This document shows, piece after piece, positions 48,373 through 57,418 of a DNA stretch of 63,556 bases (positions within the stretch are counted from its first letter, which is position 1; the number at the start of each line of letters is the position of its first letter). The DNA is from an uncultured Gemmatimonadota bacterium. Its GTDB lineage: Bacteria > Gemmatimonadota > Gemmatimonadetes > Gemmatimonadales > Gemmatimonadaceae. The DNA lies in NCBI GenBank assembly GCA_903900795.1, contig CAIUOO010000425.1, positions 1 to 63,556 on the forward strand. Reading direction: 5' to 3'. The position numbers and the translations under genes are program-made. The notes under the pieces were generated by a model. It searched no databases and was not told where the DNA came from. It was given only the letters and a program-made list of their open reading frames with translations.

Positions 48373-49500
48373 GTCGGCGGCCAAGGCATCGAGCCGAAGC
48401 CACCCGGAGGCGGTGCACCGGATACGTGATCCGGCGGTCTCATCTACAGACACAATCCACCCCTGCCGACGCCACGTGGCGACGCGGGCTTCCTCACCCT
48501 CCCGAAGCTCCAGCCCGTCGATCGTGCGCAATCCAAGGTACACCATCTCGGCCTCACGGTTCGGGCTGGTGAGCGTTTCCGCGCCCTCCACGGGGTCCCC
48601 CCCGATGCACAACGCCGATTCCCACGCCGCCAGCGCCGCGTGATTCCAGCGACGCTCCGATCCGTCAAACCCGTGTGCCGAAGGGCCAATGCCCAAATAG
48701 GGTACGTTCTGCCAGTACGCGCTGTTGTGCCGCGCGCGCCGACCCAGCCGCGCGAAATTCGACACTTCGTAGTGCTCGAAGCCAGCCTCCCGCAATCGCT
48801 CGTGCGACTCGAGGAACTGACCCTCGTATACCTCTTCGGGTGCCTCCTCGACCTCCCCACGCGCGCGCCATCGCCCCAGTGGAGTGTGCGGCTCGATCGT
48901 GAGTCCGTACAGCGAGATGTGATCGGGGGCGAGCGCGAGCAGTCGCGTGATGTCGTCGCTCCAATCGCGCTCCAGCGTGTCCGGCGCGGCGAAGATCAGG
49001 TCAAGCGACATCGCGTCGATACCGCCGGCGCGCAGCGTATCGACCGCTCTGAGGGCGGCGCCAGCGTCATGCACACGATGCATCCACGACAGCACGCGGT
49101 CATTGAAGCTCTGTACGCCGAGGCTGACCCGATTCACCCCCGCCCGTCGCCACGCCGCGACCGCCTCGGCCGAGACATCTTCCGGGTTTGCCTCCAGCGT
49201 CACCTCGGCGTGCGCGTCCAACCGAATGTGCTGATGCAACGTCGCGAAGAGCCGCTCGATTCCCTCACCGCCCAACCGAGACGGCGTGCCACCGCCTAGA
49301 TACAGAGTGGACAGCACGTCGCAGGACTGCGACGCCCCCCGTATGCGAAGTTCCGCGTCGACCGAATCGGCAAACGCGCGCCACGGCACCTGCTTCCGGA
49401 CGGCGATCGCAAAATCGCAGTAGCTACACCGCCGTGCACAGAACGGCACATGCAGATACAGGTGCCGATAACCCACAGGCGCGACTGCCGGAGCGCTCAC
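48346..49500 (-). CDS. hemW: radical SAM heme chaperone HemW
   Basis: YLHVPFCARRCSYCDF, GGGTPS, EANP, SLGVQS, YEVSNF, HNSAYW. Confidence 0.93.
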   Translation of the reverse strand: MSAPAVAPVGYRHLYLHVPFCARRCSYCDFAIAVRKQVPWRAFADSVDAELRIRGASQSCDVLSTLYLGGGTPSRLGGEGIERLFATLHQHIRLDAHAEVTLEANPEDVSAEAVAAWRRAGVNRVSLGVQSFNDRVLSWMHRVHDAGAALRAVDTLRAGGIDAMSLDLIFAAPDTLERDWSDDITRLLALAPDHISLYGLTIEPHTPLGRWRARGEVEEAPEEVYEGQFLESHERLREAGFEHYEVSNFARLGRRARHNSAYWQNVPYLGIGPSAHGFDGSERRWNHAALAAWESALCIGGDPVEGAETLTSPNREAEMVYLGLRTIDGLELREGEEARVATWRRQGWIVSVDETAGSRIRCTASGWLRLDALAADLTALRSRS

Positions 49501-50600
49501 GACGCGCTGACAGACGGATACACTTGGCCGGAGGGGCCGAAGTGTACGAGCCCGTCGATCTCGAGTGCGCTCAAGACGGCCGCGGCTTCCCGGGGCCGCA
49601 AGCGCGCGGCGACCGCAACCTGTTCGAGGTCACGGGCTCCCTGTTGCAGGGCATCCCAGCACCGCGCGGCGTCGCCATCAAGGGCGACATGCGTGGATAC
49701 GGACCGATCGATGCGCAGCAACGCCAACACATCATCGACGGACAGGATGGGCTCGGCGTGCATCTTGAGCAGCGCGTTGCTGCCCAGCGATGAGGCCTGA
49801 TCGATGGCATTCGGCACACACGCCACGGTGCGGTTCAATTCGAGCGCGTGATCGGCGGTGATCAGGGCCCCGCTACCCTTCCCGGCCTCGACGACGATGG
49901 TGAGGTCGGCCAACGCCGCGATGAGGCGATTGCGACGGGGAAACGTCCCACCGTGCCCCGTATCACCCGGTTTCTGCTCCGTCAGCAGCAGGCCGTCGCG
50001 CGCGATACGCTCCTGGAGTGTGCGATGCGAGCGCGGGTAATGCACGTCGAGGCCCGTCCCAAGGACGGCGACCGTACGTCCGCCAGCGGCCAGCGCCGCG
50101 TCGTGTGCCGCGCCATCGATCCCACGCGCCAGGCCACTGACGATCGTGACGCCAGAGCGGGCGCAGGCGGTCGCGAGGGCGCGCGCCACGCGCACTCCAT
50201 AGGCGGACGCCGCACGGGTGCCCACAATGGCAACGGCTGGGGGATGAGCACTGGCCAGTGTGCCCTGCGCGTAGATGACGGCCGGCGCATCAGACAGCTC
50301 GAGCAAGCGCGCCGGATACCGATCGGAGCCGGCCACCAGCGCCTCACCGCCGAGGCGTTGCAAATCCGCCAGAATGCGGTCGGCTTCGCGCAGCGCCTCC
50401 TCGCGCCGCTCGGTCGCCACGGACGCGAGCGCGCGCGTGGCATCACGATGCACCGACAGCAGGCGCGCGACCCCAACGTCGCCGAGCCCGGCGACCTGGC
50501 GCAGCGCAATCACATCGCGCCGCGTCTGCGTCCGCTGCGCCGCCTCCGTCGACGCCGATGGCAACGACGCCGCCACCACGTCAGGGGAGAAACTGCGCAT
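49497..50600 (-). CDS. dprA: DNA-processing protein DprA
   Basis: AIVGTR, SGLARGIDGAAH, FPRRNRLIAAL, VVEA--SGALITA. Confidence 0.95.
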   Translation of the reverse strand: MRSFSPDVVAASLPSASTEAAQRTQTRRDVIALRQVAGLGDVGVARLLSVHRDATRALASVATERREEALREADRILADLQRLGGEALVAGSDRYPARLLELSDAPAVIYAQGTLASAHPPAVAIVGTRAASAYGVRVARALATACARSGVTIVSGLARGIDGAAHDAALAAGGRTVAVLGTGLDVHYPRSHRTLQERIARDGLLLTEQKPGDTGHGGTFPRRNRLIAALADLTIVVEAGKGSGALITADHALELNRTVACVPNAIDQASSLGSNALLKMHAEPILSVDDVLALLRIDRSVSTHVALDGDAARCWDALQQGARDLEQVAVAARLRPREAAAVLSALEIDGLVHFGPSGQVYPSVSAS

Positions 50601-51603
50601 CGCGTGCCGGCTTCTCCGCTTCCACGCGCATCACGAGCAGCTCACGCCACCACGCATCGAGCACCACGTCGAGTCCCATACGACCGGCCGCGCTGATCGC
50701 GTACTTGCCAAACGCTCCCGCCGCCTCGATTTCCGGAATGTAGTGCTCGCCGAGCAGATCGAGTTTCGTGAACACGACGCAGTACGGTTTGGCGGCGAGT
50801 TCAGTGGAGTACGACGAGATCTCGTGACGCAGTTGATCGAACTCCGCCTGCCAGTCTTCCGCGTCGATCGGGATCATGAACGCCAGCATGCGCGTCCGCT
50901 CGATGTGACGGAGGAACCGCAGTCCCAGGCCCTTGCCTTCCGACGCGCCTTCGATGATGCCCGGGATGTCGGCCACCACGAACGAGCGGTGATCACTGAG
51001 CGGGACCACACCGAGGTTCGGCGATAACGTCGTGAACGGATAGTCCGCAATCTTGGGGCGGGCCGCCGAGATCACCGACAGCAGCGTACTCTTGCCTGCG
51101 TTCGGCTGTCCAACGAGACCGATGTCGGCGATCAGCTTGAGTTCGAGCTCGAGCGTCCGGGCCTGCCCTTCTTCACCCGGCTGCCATTCGCGCGGTGACT
51201 GGTGTGTGGGCGTGACGAAAAAGGAGTTGCCCTTACCGCCGCGGCCACCCTTCGACACCAGAATCGTGTGGCCCTCCTCCATCACTTCGCCAAGAAACTC
51301 CTGCGTGTCGGCGTCGCGCACGACCGTGCCAGGCGGCACGGGCAATACGATGTCGGCACCCGAACGGCCGGTACGATTCGACCCTTCGCCGTGCTGTCCG
51401 CGTTCGGCCTTCCACGCATCGCGGTAGGTGTAGTCGAGCAGCGTGGTGAGGTTGCGGTCGCCACGCACGATCACGTCGCCGCCACGCCCGCCGTCGCCAC
51501 CGTCAGGGCCGCCCATTGGCGCAAACTTTTCGCGACGGAACGAGGTCTGTCCCGAACCACCGGTTCCTGCTTCGACCTTCACGAGTACGCGATCTACGAA
51601 CAT
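50581..51603 (-). CDS. obgE: GTPase Obg
   Basis: FRREK, GGDGGRGG, GQPNAGKSTL, YPFTT, DIPG, TKLD. Confidence 0.97.
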   Translation of the reverse strand: MFVDRVLVKVEAGTGGSGQTSFRREKFAPMGGPDGGDGGRGGDVIVRGDRNLTTLLDYTYRDAWKAERGQHGEGSNRTGRSGADIVLPVPPGTVVRDADTQEFLGEVMEEGHTILVSKGGRGGKGNSFFVTPTHQSPREWQPGEEGQARTLELELKLIADIGLVGQPNAGKSTLLSVISAARPKIADYPFTTLSPNLGVVPLSDHRSFVVADIPGIIEGASEGKGLGLRFLRHIERTRMLAFMIPIDAEDWQAEFDQLRHEISSYSTELAAKPYCVVFTKLDLLGEHYIPEIEAAGAFGKYAISAAGRMGLDVVLDAWWRELLVMRVEAEKPARDAQFLP

Positions 51604-51690
51604 GAATCACTTCCGAAACGAGAGAGGCAGCCGGCCACTGAGGCGCCGCCAAAAAACTTCGATTGCCCTGCGTTGTGGTGGTGCTGCCGA

Positions 51691-52380
51691 CTACTTGCCC
51701 TGCACTCGTGCCCAGAGGCCGAGATAACGACGCATGTCGTCATCGCGCACCAGTGGAGCGACAACCTGTAACGCAGCCGTGACCACACCCGCCGCCGCTC
51801 CCGCGTTCAAGGCCCCATGCAGATGCGAATGGAGCTGCCGGTCCTGTCGCGCGATCGCACACGCCGCCACGACGCACAACTCCCGGCGCGCGAGATCGAG
51901 CAACGGCCGGCCGAGCACTTTGCCGTACCCTTCCGTGATCATCCACCGATCGAGTGCAGGGTGAAGCCCGCGAATGTTCACACGCAACCGATCGTAAAAT
52001 TCGCCGTACACCGTGGCGCAGGTCGCCTCGCCACGCGCAGAAAAATCCAACACCGCACCCTCCCGATCCTCGGCCGGCGTCGGTGCACGTCGCCCGGAGA
52101 TTCGACGCCAATCCCGCGCGGCATTGAGCGCGCGCGGGAAGCCGGCGAACAGGTACGTCTGGAGAATGACCTCTTCAACCCACACCGGATCGACGACGCC
52201 ATTCACCCCTGAGAGCTCGGAACGAACCTCCGCCTCACTGCCGCCAGCCAGCACGGCTGCCAGCCGAACGAGCGCCGCCGTTTCCACATCGAGTGCAACG
52301 AGTGTAACCGGCGCGTGCCCCGGTACTGTCATCAACGTAACGCCGGCCATCTCATCTCTACGCACGTCCGCGTGGCTCAT
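51691..52380 (-). CDS. carboxymuconolactone decarboxylase (CMD/AhpD-like) family protein
   Basis: EEVILQTYLFAGFPRALNA and YGKVLGRP-LD---RELCVVA...QLHSHLHGALNAG; start ATG 52380 with GAGGAG SD. Confidence 0.8.
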   Translation of the reverse strand: MSHADVRRDEMAGVTLMTVPGHAPVTLVALDVETAALVRLAAVLAGGSEAEVRSELSGVNGVVDPVWVEEVILQTYLFAGFPRALNAARDWRRISGRRAPTPAEDREGAVLDFSARGEATCATVYGEFYDRLRVNIRGLHPALDRWMITEGYGKVLGRPLLDLARRELCVVAACAIARQDRQLHSHLHGALNAGAAAGVVTAALQVVAPLVRDDDMRRYLGLWARVQGK

Positions 52381-52393
52381 CGGCTCCTCGACA

Positions 52394-53533
52394 TTACGAG
52401 GCGTCACGGGCCGCCGGCGCGCCGAGCGGCGCCGAACTGACGAACACGTCGCCGACCTGTTCTCCCCGCGAATTCCGCACGAGGCGCACCGCCGCATCGC
52501 GCAGGCCCTCGGGCAACGGCGATGGCAAGCCATCGTATTCGGCCAGCAACGCCAAGACGGCGACGAACTGCGCGCGGTGCGATCCGTCTTCAACCTTGAG
52601 CGCGAAGCCGATGCCGCGGTCAATGATCGCGAACGTATGAACACCTTCCGCGCCAACCTTGCAGACAACGTTGCCGCCAACTGCTTCCATCAGTCGGGTG
52701 TCGAATCGGTCGCTCCCACCCACCAGAAAGGGATGCGACGTCATCGCGTGCAGAATGCGCCGGCTCGGCTCGTCGCCGTGCGTCGAGGCGTCTGCGAGAC
52801 GCGCATAGGCCAGCGCCATATTCGCCAACGGCAACGAGAACACGGTCGAGCCGCAGCCATCCACCCCGACGCCGATTCGTTCGGTCGTCAGCCCCGCCCA
52901 GATCGCGACCGTCTCGTGCGCCGCCCGCTGCACCGCATGCGCTGCGTGCTCGTAGCCGCTCGTCGGCTCCCCCATGAGGACCGCCCGAGCGAGCATCGCG
53001 GCGTGCTTGCCCGAACAGATGTTGTGGAGGCGGGTAAGCCGGTCTCCCGACTCGCGAAGCAGCCGTGCGCCGCGCGACGACAACGGTTCATGGGCGCCAC
53101 AGGCCAGATCGCCTTCCTCGAGACCGAGGCCGCCCAGCATCGACGCCGCCAGCGCGACGTGCTCCGGCTCACCGCCGTGCGATGCACACGCCAACGCCAG
53201 TTGGCTGGCCCCCCACCCCAGACGCTCCAAGCCACCCGAGCGCACCAACGGCATTACCTGAAACGGCTTGGCGCAGGAACGCCACCACGTCTCGGTATGC
53301 GGATCTCGCACCCCTTCCAGCAGCGTCGCACTGGCATCCACCACGGCGGCGTGCACCCGATGACGCGACTCCACCGTACCGCCCCGCGTGACCACCACAT
53401 CGAAGCGGCGTTCCCGAAGCGCCGGGCCGAATACCACCGGCGCCGCCGATGTGTACGGCCCCTGTGTTGACGCGCCGTCTTGGTCGGCGTAAGTCGCTCC
53501 GGCGCCGGAGAATATCGATCGAGTCTCGCTCAC
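52394..53533 (-). CDS. asparaginase II family protein (Rhizobium AnsA type)
   Basis: RGGTVES-H, RSCAKPFQ, CASHGGE, HNICSGKHA, DGC, KVGAEG, KVEDG. Confidence 0.9.
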   Translation of the reverse strand: MSETRSIFSGAGATYADQDGASTQGPYTSAAPVVFGPALRERRFDVVVTRGGTVESRHRVHAAVVDASATLLEGVRDPHTETWWRSCAKPFQVMPLVRSGGLERLGWGASQLALACASHGGEPEHVALAASMLGGLGLEEGDLACGAHEPLSSRGARLLRESGDRLTRLHNICSGKHAAMLARAVLMGEPTSGYEHAAHAVQRAAHETVAIWAGLTTERIGVGVDGCGSTVFSLPLANMALAYARLADASTHGDEPSRRILHAMTSHPFLVGGSDRFDTRLMEAVGGNVVCKVGAEGVHTFAIIDRGIGFALKVEDGSHRAQFVAVLALLAEYDGLPSPLPEGLRDAAVRLVRNSRGEQVGDVFVSSAPLGAPAARDAS

Positions 53534-53592
53534 CGCCGAAAGATAACCGAGGCAATGGCTGCGAGTCGGCCAGCGTGTCCGTTCGGGCCCGA

Positions 53593-54564
53593 TCAGGATT
53601 TCGCGGATTTCGGCGGACGGCGTGACGCCAGCAGGACCCCGACGAGCACCAGCCCCCCGCCCACGATCGTGCCCGCGCCTGGGACCTCGTCGATTCCCGG
53701 GAGGAGCGCGGCCAGAATCGTGGCGCCGATCGGCTCCCCCAGTGTTGTGAGGTTCACGACGAAGGCTGGCAGATGGCCGAGCGCCCAGTTCATTCCCGTG
53801 TGTCCGAGCAGCATTGGACCGATGGCCAGCCCCGCAAAGATCGACAGTTCACGACGCGGCTGCGGGAACAGTACCTCGCCACTGGTCAACGCGATGGCCA
53901 CACAGGTGACGAAGGCCGCACCGTATGCAAGGGAGACATACGACCACACCCCCACCCGCTGGCGGAGCCGGCGCCCGATGAGGTAGTACAGTGCAGCGGT
54001 GACCGCGCCCACGAGCGCCAACAGATCGCCAAGCAGCGCCCGGCCACCGCCCTCCGCGGCCGGCCCACCGGCCATCGCCGTCACGATCCCGGAGAGTCCC
54101 CCAGGGACGTCTGCCAGGCCCACCACCACGGCGCCCACCACGGCGACCACCACGCCGAGCCACTGCCGAACCGAGGGAGACTCGTGAAGCCAGCGTGCTG
54201 ACACACCCGCGATCAAGACCGGCTGGAGATTCACCAAGGCGACCGATGCGGCAACGCTGGTATAGCGCAGCGAGGCGTTCCAACTCCAAAAGTGGAAGGC
54301 GAGCAAGACACCAGCCCCGCCTGCCAGCAGGAGTTCACGCTGGGACAGGAGGCGCCACTCACGCCAGGCCCCAGTGATCAGCAAGACCGCCGCCACGATC
54401 AGCAGGGACAACCCCAACCGCCAGGTGGCGATCACGATGGCCGAACTGGCGGACAACCGGATCAGCGGAGCCGCGAAGGAGATGCCGATCAACGACGCCG
54501 CCAGTACCAGCACCGGCGAGCGGCGGGAGACGGTGGACCCGCGGGAAGATGACGAGGTGGACAT
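53593..54564 (-). CDS. DMT/EamA family transporter
   Basis: About 10 TM helices, two EamA repeats (LAFHFWSW, GDLLAL, GHTGMNWAL, EPIGA). Confidence 0.9.
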   Translation of the reverse strand: MSTSSSSRGSTVSRRSPVLVLAASLIGISFAAPLIRLSASSAIVIATWRLGLSLLIVAAVLLITGAWREWRLLSQRELLLAGGAGVLLAFHFWSWNASLRYTSVAASVALVNLQPVLIAGVSARWLHESPSVRQWLGVVVAVVGAVVVGLADVPGGLSGIVTAMAGGPAAEGGGRALLGDLLALVGAVTAALYYLIGRRLRQRVGVWSYVSLAYGAAFVTCVAIALTSGEVLFPQPRRELSIFAGLAIGPMLLGHTGMNWALGHLPAFVVNLTTLGEPIGATILAALLPGIDEVPGAGTIVGGGLVLVGVLLASRRPPKSAKS

Positions 54565-54648
54565 CGCAACGGGAATGGGGACGGCGCAGGACGGCATTGG
54601 GATGCTCGACCGGTGACGAAGCTAATCGCTCCGACTAGCTTCCCCGCC

Positions 54649-55644
54649 ATGACGCCCACCATCCCCCGCGCTCGGCTCGAGGCGCTGCTGGCTGATGCCG
54701 CCTCGCAGCATGTGGTCATCGTCGGCGACGCCATGCTCGACGTGTACCTTCGCGGCGATGTCGATCGCATCTCCCCCGAAGCGCCGGTGCCCGTCGTGCG
54801 CGTGCGCGACCGCAAACTCGCGCTCGGTGGGGCCGCCAATGTCGCGCAGAACGTTGCCGCCGTCGGCGCGGGGTGCGATCTCGTCGCGGTCGTCGGTGAA
54901 GACGTGGCTGGCCGCGCGCTACGCGAGCGACTCGAGGCCGGACGGATGGAGTCGCGATCGTTGGTCACGGTAGGCCGACCCACCACCACCAAGACCCGCG
55001 TCATGGCGCGCTCGCAGCAGCTGGTGCGCTTCGACGAAGAAGACGACGCGGACCTCGGGACGGAGGACGTCGCCCGCGTACTCGAGGCCATCGCGGCCGC
55101 CATGCCGCACGCGACCGCGCTCGTCTTCGAAGACTACAACAAGGGCGTACTCGTACCCTCGGTCATCGAGGGTGCGATCGCGTTGGCGCGAGCGCGGCGT
55201 CTGCCGATCGTCGTCGACCCGAAGTTCCGCAACTTCTTCGCGTTTGGCGGCGCGACCGTGTTCAAGCCGAACCGACGGGAGCTCGAAAGCGCACTTGGCG
55301 CGGCGGTTGATCTCGAGCACCCGGCGGCGTTACCGGAGACATTCGCGCGCCTCGGCGTCGATCACCTCCTGCTCACACTCGGTGAGCGCGGCATGGCACT
55401 GGTGTCGTCGGATGGCGTAGTGCACCGTGTCCCTACCACCGCCCGTGAAGTGTACGACGTCGTCGGTGCCGGCGACACCGTGACCGCCTATCTCGCCACG
55501 ATGCTGGCGGCTGGAGCCACGGCACTCGAGGCGGCGATCGTCGCGAACTATGCGGCCGGGGTCGAGGTGGGCAAGCTCGGCGCGGCCACGGTCACCCCGG
55601 ACGAAGTCCTCGAGGCCTATGACGCGCACATTGCGGACGGTTGA
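54649..55644 (+). CDS. rfaE1: D-glycero-D-manno-heptose-7-phosphate kinase (stand-alone RfaE1/HldA)
   Basis: GDAMLD-Y, RISPEAPVPV, GGAANVA, DYNKG, VDPK, PN--E, DVVGAGDTV. Confidence 0.93.
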   Translation: MTPTIPRARLEALLADAASQHVVIVGDAMLDVYLRGDVDRISPEAPVPVVRVRDRKLALGGAANVAQNVAAVGAGCDLVAVVGEDVAGRALRERLEAGRMESRSLVTVGRPTTTKTRVMARSQQLVRFDEEDDADLGTEDVARVLEAIAAAMPHATALVFEDYNKGVLVPSVIEGAIALARARRLPIVVDPKFRNFFAFGGATVFKPNRRELESALGAAVDLEHPAALPETFARLGVDHLLLTLGERGMALVSSDGVVHRVPTTAREVYDVVGAGDTVTAYLATMLAAGATALEAAIVANYAAGVEVGKLGAATVTPDEVLEAYDAHIADG

Positions 55645-55685
55645 CGTACATTGTGCCACATGCGGGGCGGGAAATCGCCACGTTC

Positions 55686-55759
55686 GGTCCGGTAGCTTAG
55701 TCGGTTAAAGCGCTCGACTCATAATCGAAGGATCGTGGGTTCAAGTCCCACCCGGACCA
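55686..55759 (+). tRNA. tRNA with CAT anticodon (probably Ile2, otherwise elongator Met)
   Basis: GGTCCGG/CCGGACC acceptor, CT-CAT-AA loop, GGTTCAAGTCC; G1-C72 pair and no 3 GC anticodon-stem pairs, so not an initiator. Confidence 0.9.
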
Positions 55760-55760
55760 T

Positions 55761-55797
55761 ACGCCTCGGTGCCATGCACCGGGGCGTTTGTCTTTTC
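55761..55797 (+). terminator. intrinsic terminator after the CAT tRNA
   Basis: ACGCCTCGGTGC-CAT-GCACCGGGGCGT then TTGTCTTTT. Confidence 0.75.
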
Positions 55798-55813
55798 ATC
55801 GACGCCGAGGGGC

Positions 55814-55842
55814 TTCCCACCGTCGATCCCCTCCGTTACGTT
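55814..55842 (+). promoter_or_regulatory. putative promoter of tRNA-Val
   Basis: TTCCCA-N17-TACGTT. Confidence 0.45.
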
Positions 55843-55882
55843 CTTGATCCGCGCTCGGAGTGGTCGGGCGCGGAAAGTCGTC

Positions 55883-55956
55883 GGGCGTGTAGCTCAGCTG
55901 GTTAGAGCGCTGCTTTCACACAGCAGAGGTCCGGGGTTCGAGTCCCTGCACGCCCA
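55883..55956 (+). tRNA. tRNA-Val(CAC)
   Basis: GGGCGTG/CACGCCC acceptor, CTGCT-TT-CAC-AC-AGCAG arm, GGTTCGAGTCC; CCA not encoded. Confidence 0.96.
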
Positions 55957-55973
55957 TTGTTTCGGCAAGCCAA

Positions 55974-56015
55974 CGCAAACGGCCGGTCATCTTCACTGAT
56001 GACCGGCCGTTTGCG
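55974..56015. terminator. perfect 18-bp inverted repeat, probable bidirectional terminator
   Basis: CGCAAACGGCCGGTCATC-TTCACT-GATGACCGGCCGTTTGCG between convergent tRNA-Val and hflX. Confidence 0.8.
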
Positions 56016-56038
56016 CGTGCAGGCCGTGCGGTGAACGC

Positions 56039-57385
56039 TCAAAATGTCTCGGCCGGTACTCCGAGTGCCTTCACGCGTTCGACGCCCCGGAGCACGGTAA
56101 TCCGCGCACCGGCCTGACGCAGCCGACCAATCGTGCGATCGTCGAGACGCGCTCGCATGACAATGACATCCTCATCGGTGCGCTGGTCGAGCACTTCGCC
56201 GTCGCGATGCATCTCCGCGATCATGCGACCGTTCGCGGCCGGCAACCGCACTTCAAGCACCGGGCGCTGACGACGAAGACTGTCGAGCAGCGACGCGCGT
56301 AGCACGTCGAGACCGCCGGTTTCAATGGCTGACACGAACAGCGAATTGGGCATCAGATTCGCCACGCGCTCGCGGACCGCCAGAGCCTCCTCAGGCGGCA
56401 GCAAGTCCATCTTGTTCATCACATAGAGCTTCGGCTGGTCGGCCAGTCCGAGATCCGCCAATACGCCGTCCACGACGTCGCGCTGCTCTTCCCACACCGG
56501 ATGACTCGCGTCAATCACGTGCAGCAGCAAATCGGCTTCCTTCGCTTCGGACAACGTGGCCCGGAACGACGCGACCAAATGGTGAGGCAGCTTCCGAATG
56601 AACCCCACGGTGTCAGTCAACAGCACCGTGTAGCCGTCACCGACGTCCACTTCACGCGTGAGAGGATCCAGCGTGGCAAACAGACGGTCTTCCACGAACA
56701 CCTGCACGTCATTCGCCATCTGCCGCAGGACCGACGACTTGCCGGCGTTCGTGTACCCCACGAGGGCAACGCGATAATGCGATTTGCGCCCCTCCCGCTG
56801 CACTTCGCGCGCGCGCTCAACGTCGGCGAGACGCTGCTTGAGCACCCGGATGCGATGCTGAATAAGGCGACGGTCGGTTTCGAGCTGTGTTTCACCCGGT
56901 CCGCGCACGCCGATGCCGCCGCGAAATTTCTCAAGGTGGGTCCACATGCGCGTGAGACGCGGCAGCAAATACTGCAGTTGCGCGAGCTCCACCTGGTTAC
57001 GGGCCTCGCTCGACCGCGCCCGCGTGGCGAAGATGTCGAGAATCAGCTCAGCGCGATCCATCACCCGCGTGCCGACGATGGCCTCGACGTTCTTGCCTTG
57101 CGCTGGTGTCAGCTCGTCGTCGAAAATCACCAGCGTCGCACCGAGCTCATTGATCCGTATCTTGAGCTCCTCGACTTTTCCGCTGCCGAGGTACGTCGCC
57201 GGATGCGGCCGATCGAGCGCCTGCGTCAAACGGCCAACGACGATCGCCCCGGCCGTGTCGGCCAGACGAGCAAGCTCCTCGAGATGTTCGTCTGACTGAT
57301 GGCGCGCGTGGCCACGCTTCGACGGGGCACTGACCAGCACCGCGCGCTCGACGGGCGGCGTGAGGGAAATGATCTCGCGGCTGAT
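56039..57385 (-). CDS. hflX: ribosome-splitting GTPase HflX (probable ATC start; first canonical start is GTG 57340)
   Basis: ELARLADTAG, QVELAQLQY, RGPGETQLETDRR, GYTNAGKS, LFATLD, DTVGF, NKMD. Confidence 0.95.
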   Translation of the reverse strand: MSREIISLTPPVERAVLVSAPSKRGHARHQSDEHLEELARLADTAGAIVVGRLTQALDRPHPATYLGSGKVEELKIRINELGATLVIFDDELTPAQGKNVEAIVGTRVMDRAELILDIFATRARSSEARNQVELAQLQYLLPRLTRMWTHLEKFRGGIGVRGPGETQLETDRRLIQHRIRVLKQRLADVERAREVQREGRKSHYRVALVGYTNAGKSSVLRQMANDVQVFVEDRLFATLDPLTREVDVGDGYTVLLTDTVGFIRKLPHHLVASFRATLSEAKEADLLLHVIDASHPVWEEQRDVVDGVLADLGLADQPKLYVMNKMDLLPPEEALAVRERVANLMPNSLFVSAIETGGLDVLRASLLDSLRRQRPVLEVRLPAANGRMIAEMHRDGEVLDQRTDEDVIVMRARLDDRTIGRLRQAGARITVLRGVERVKALGVPAETF

Positions 57386-57418
57386 GTGCGTCTACCTAAT
57401 CTGAGAGGGCGAAGCCGA

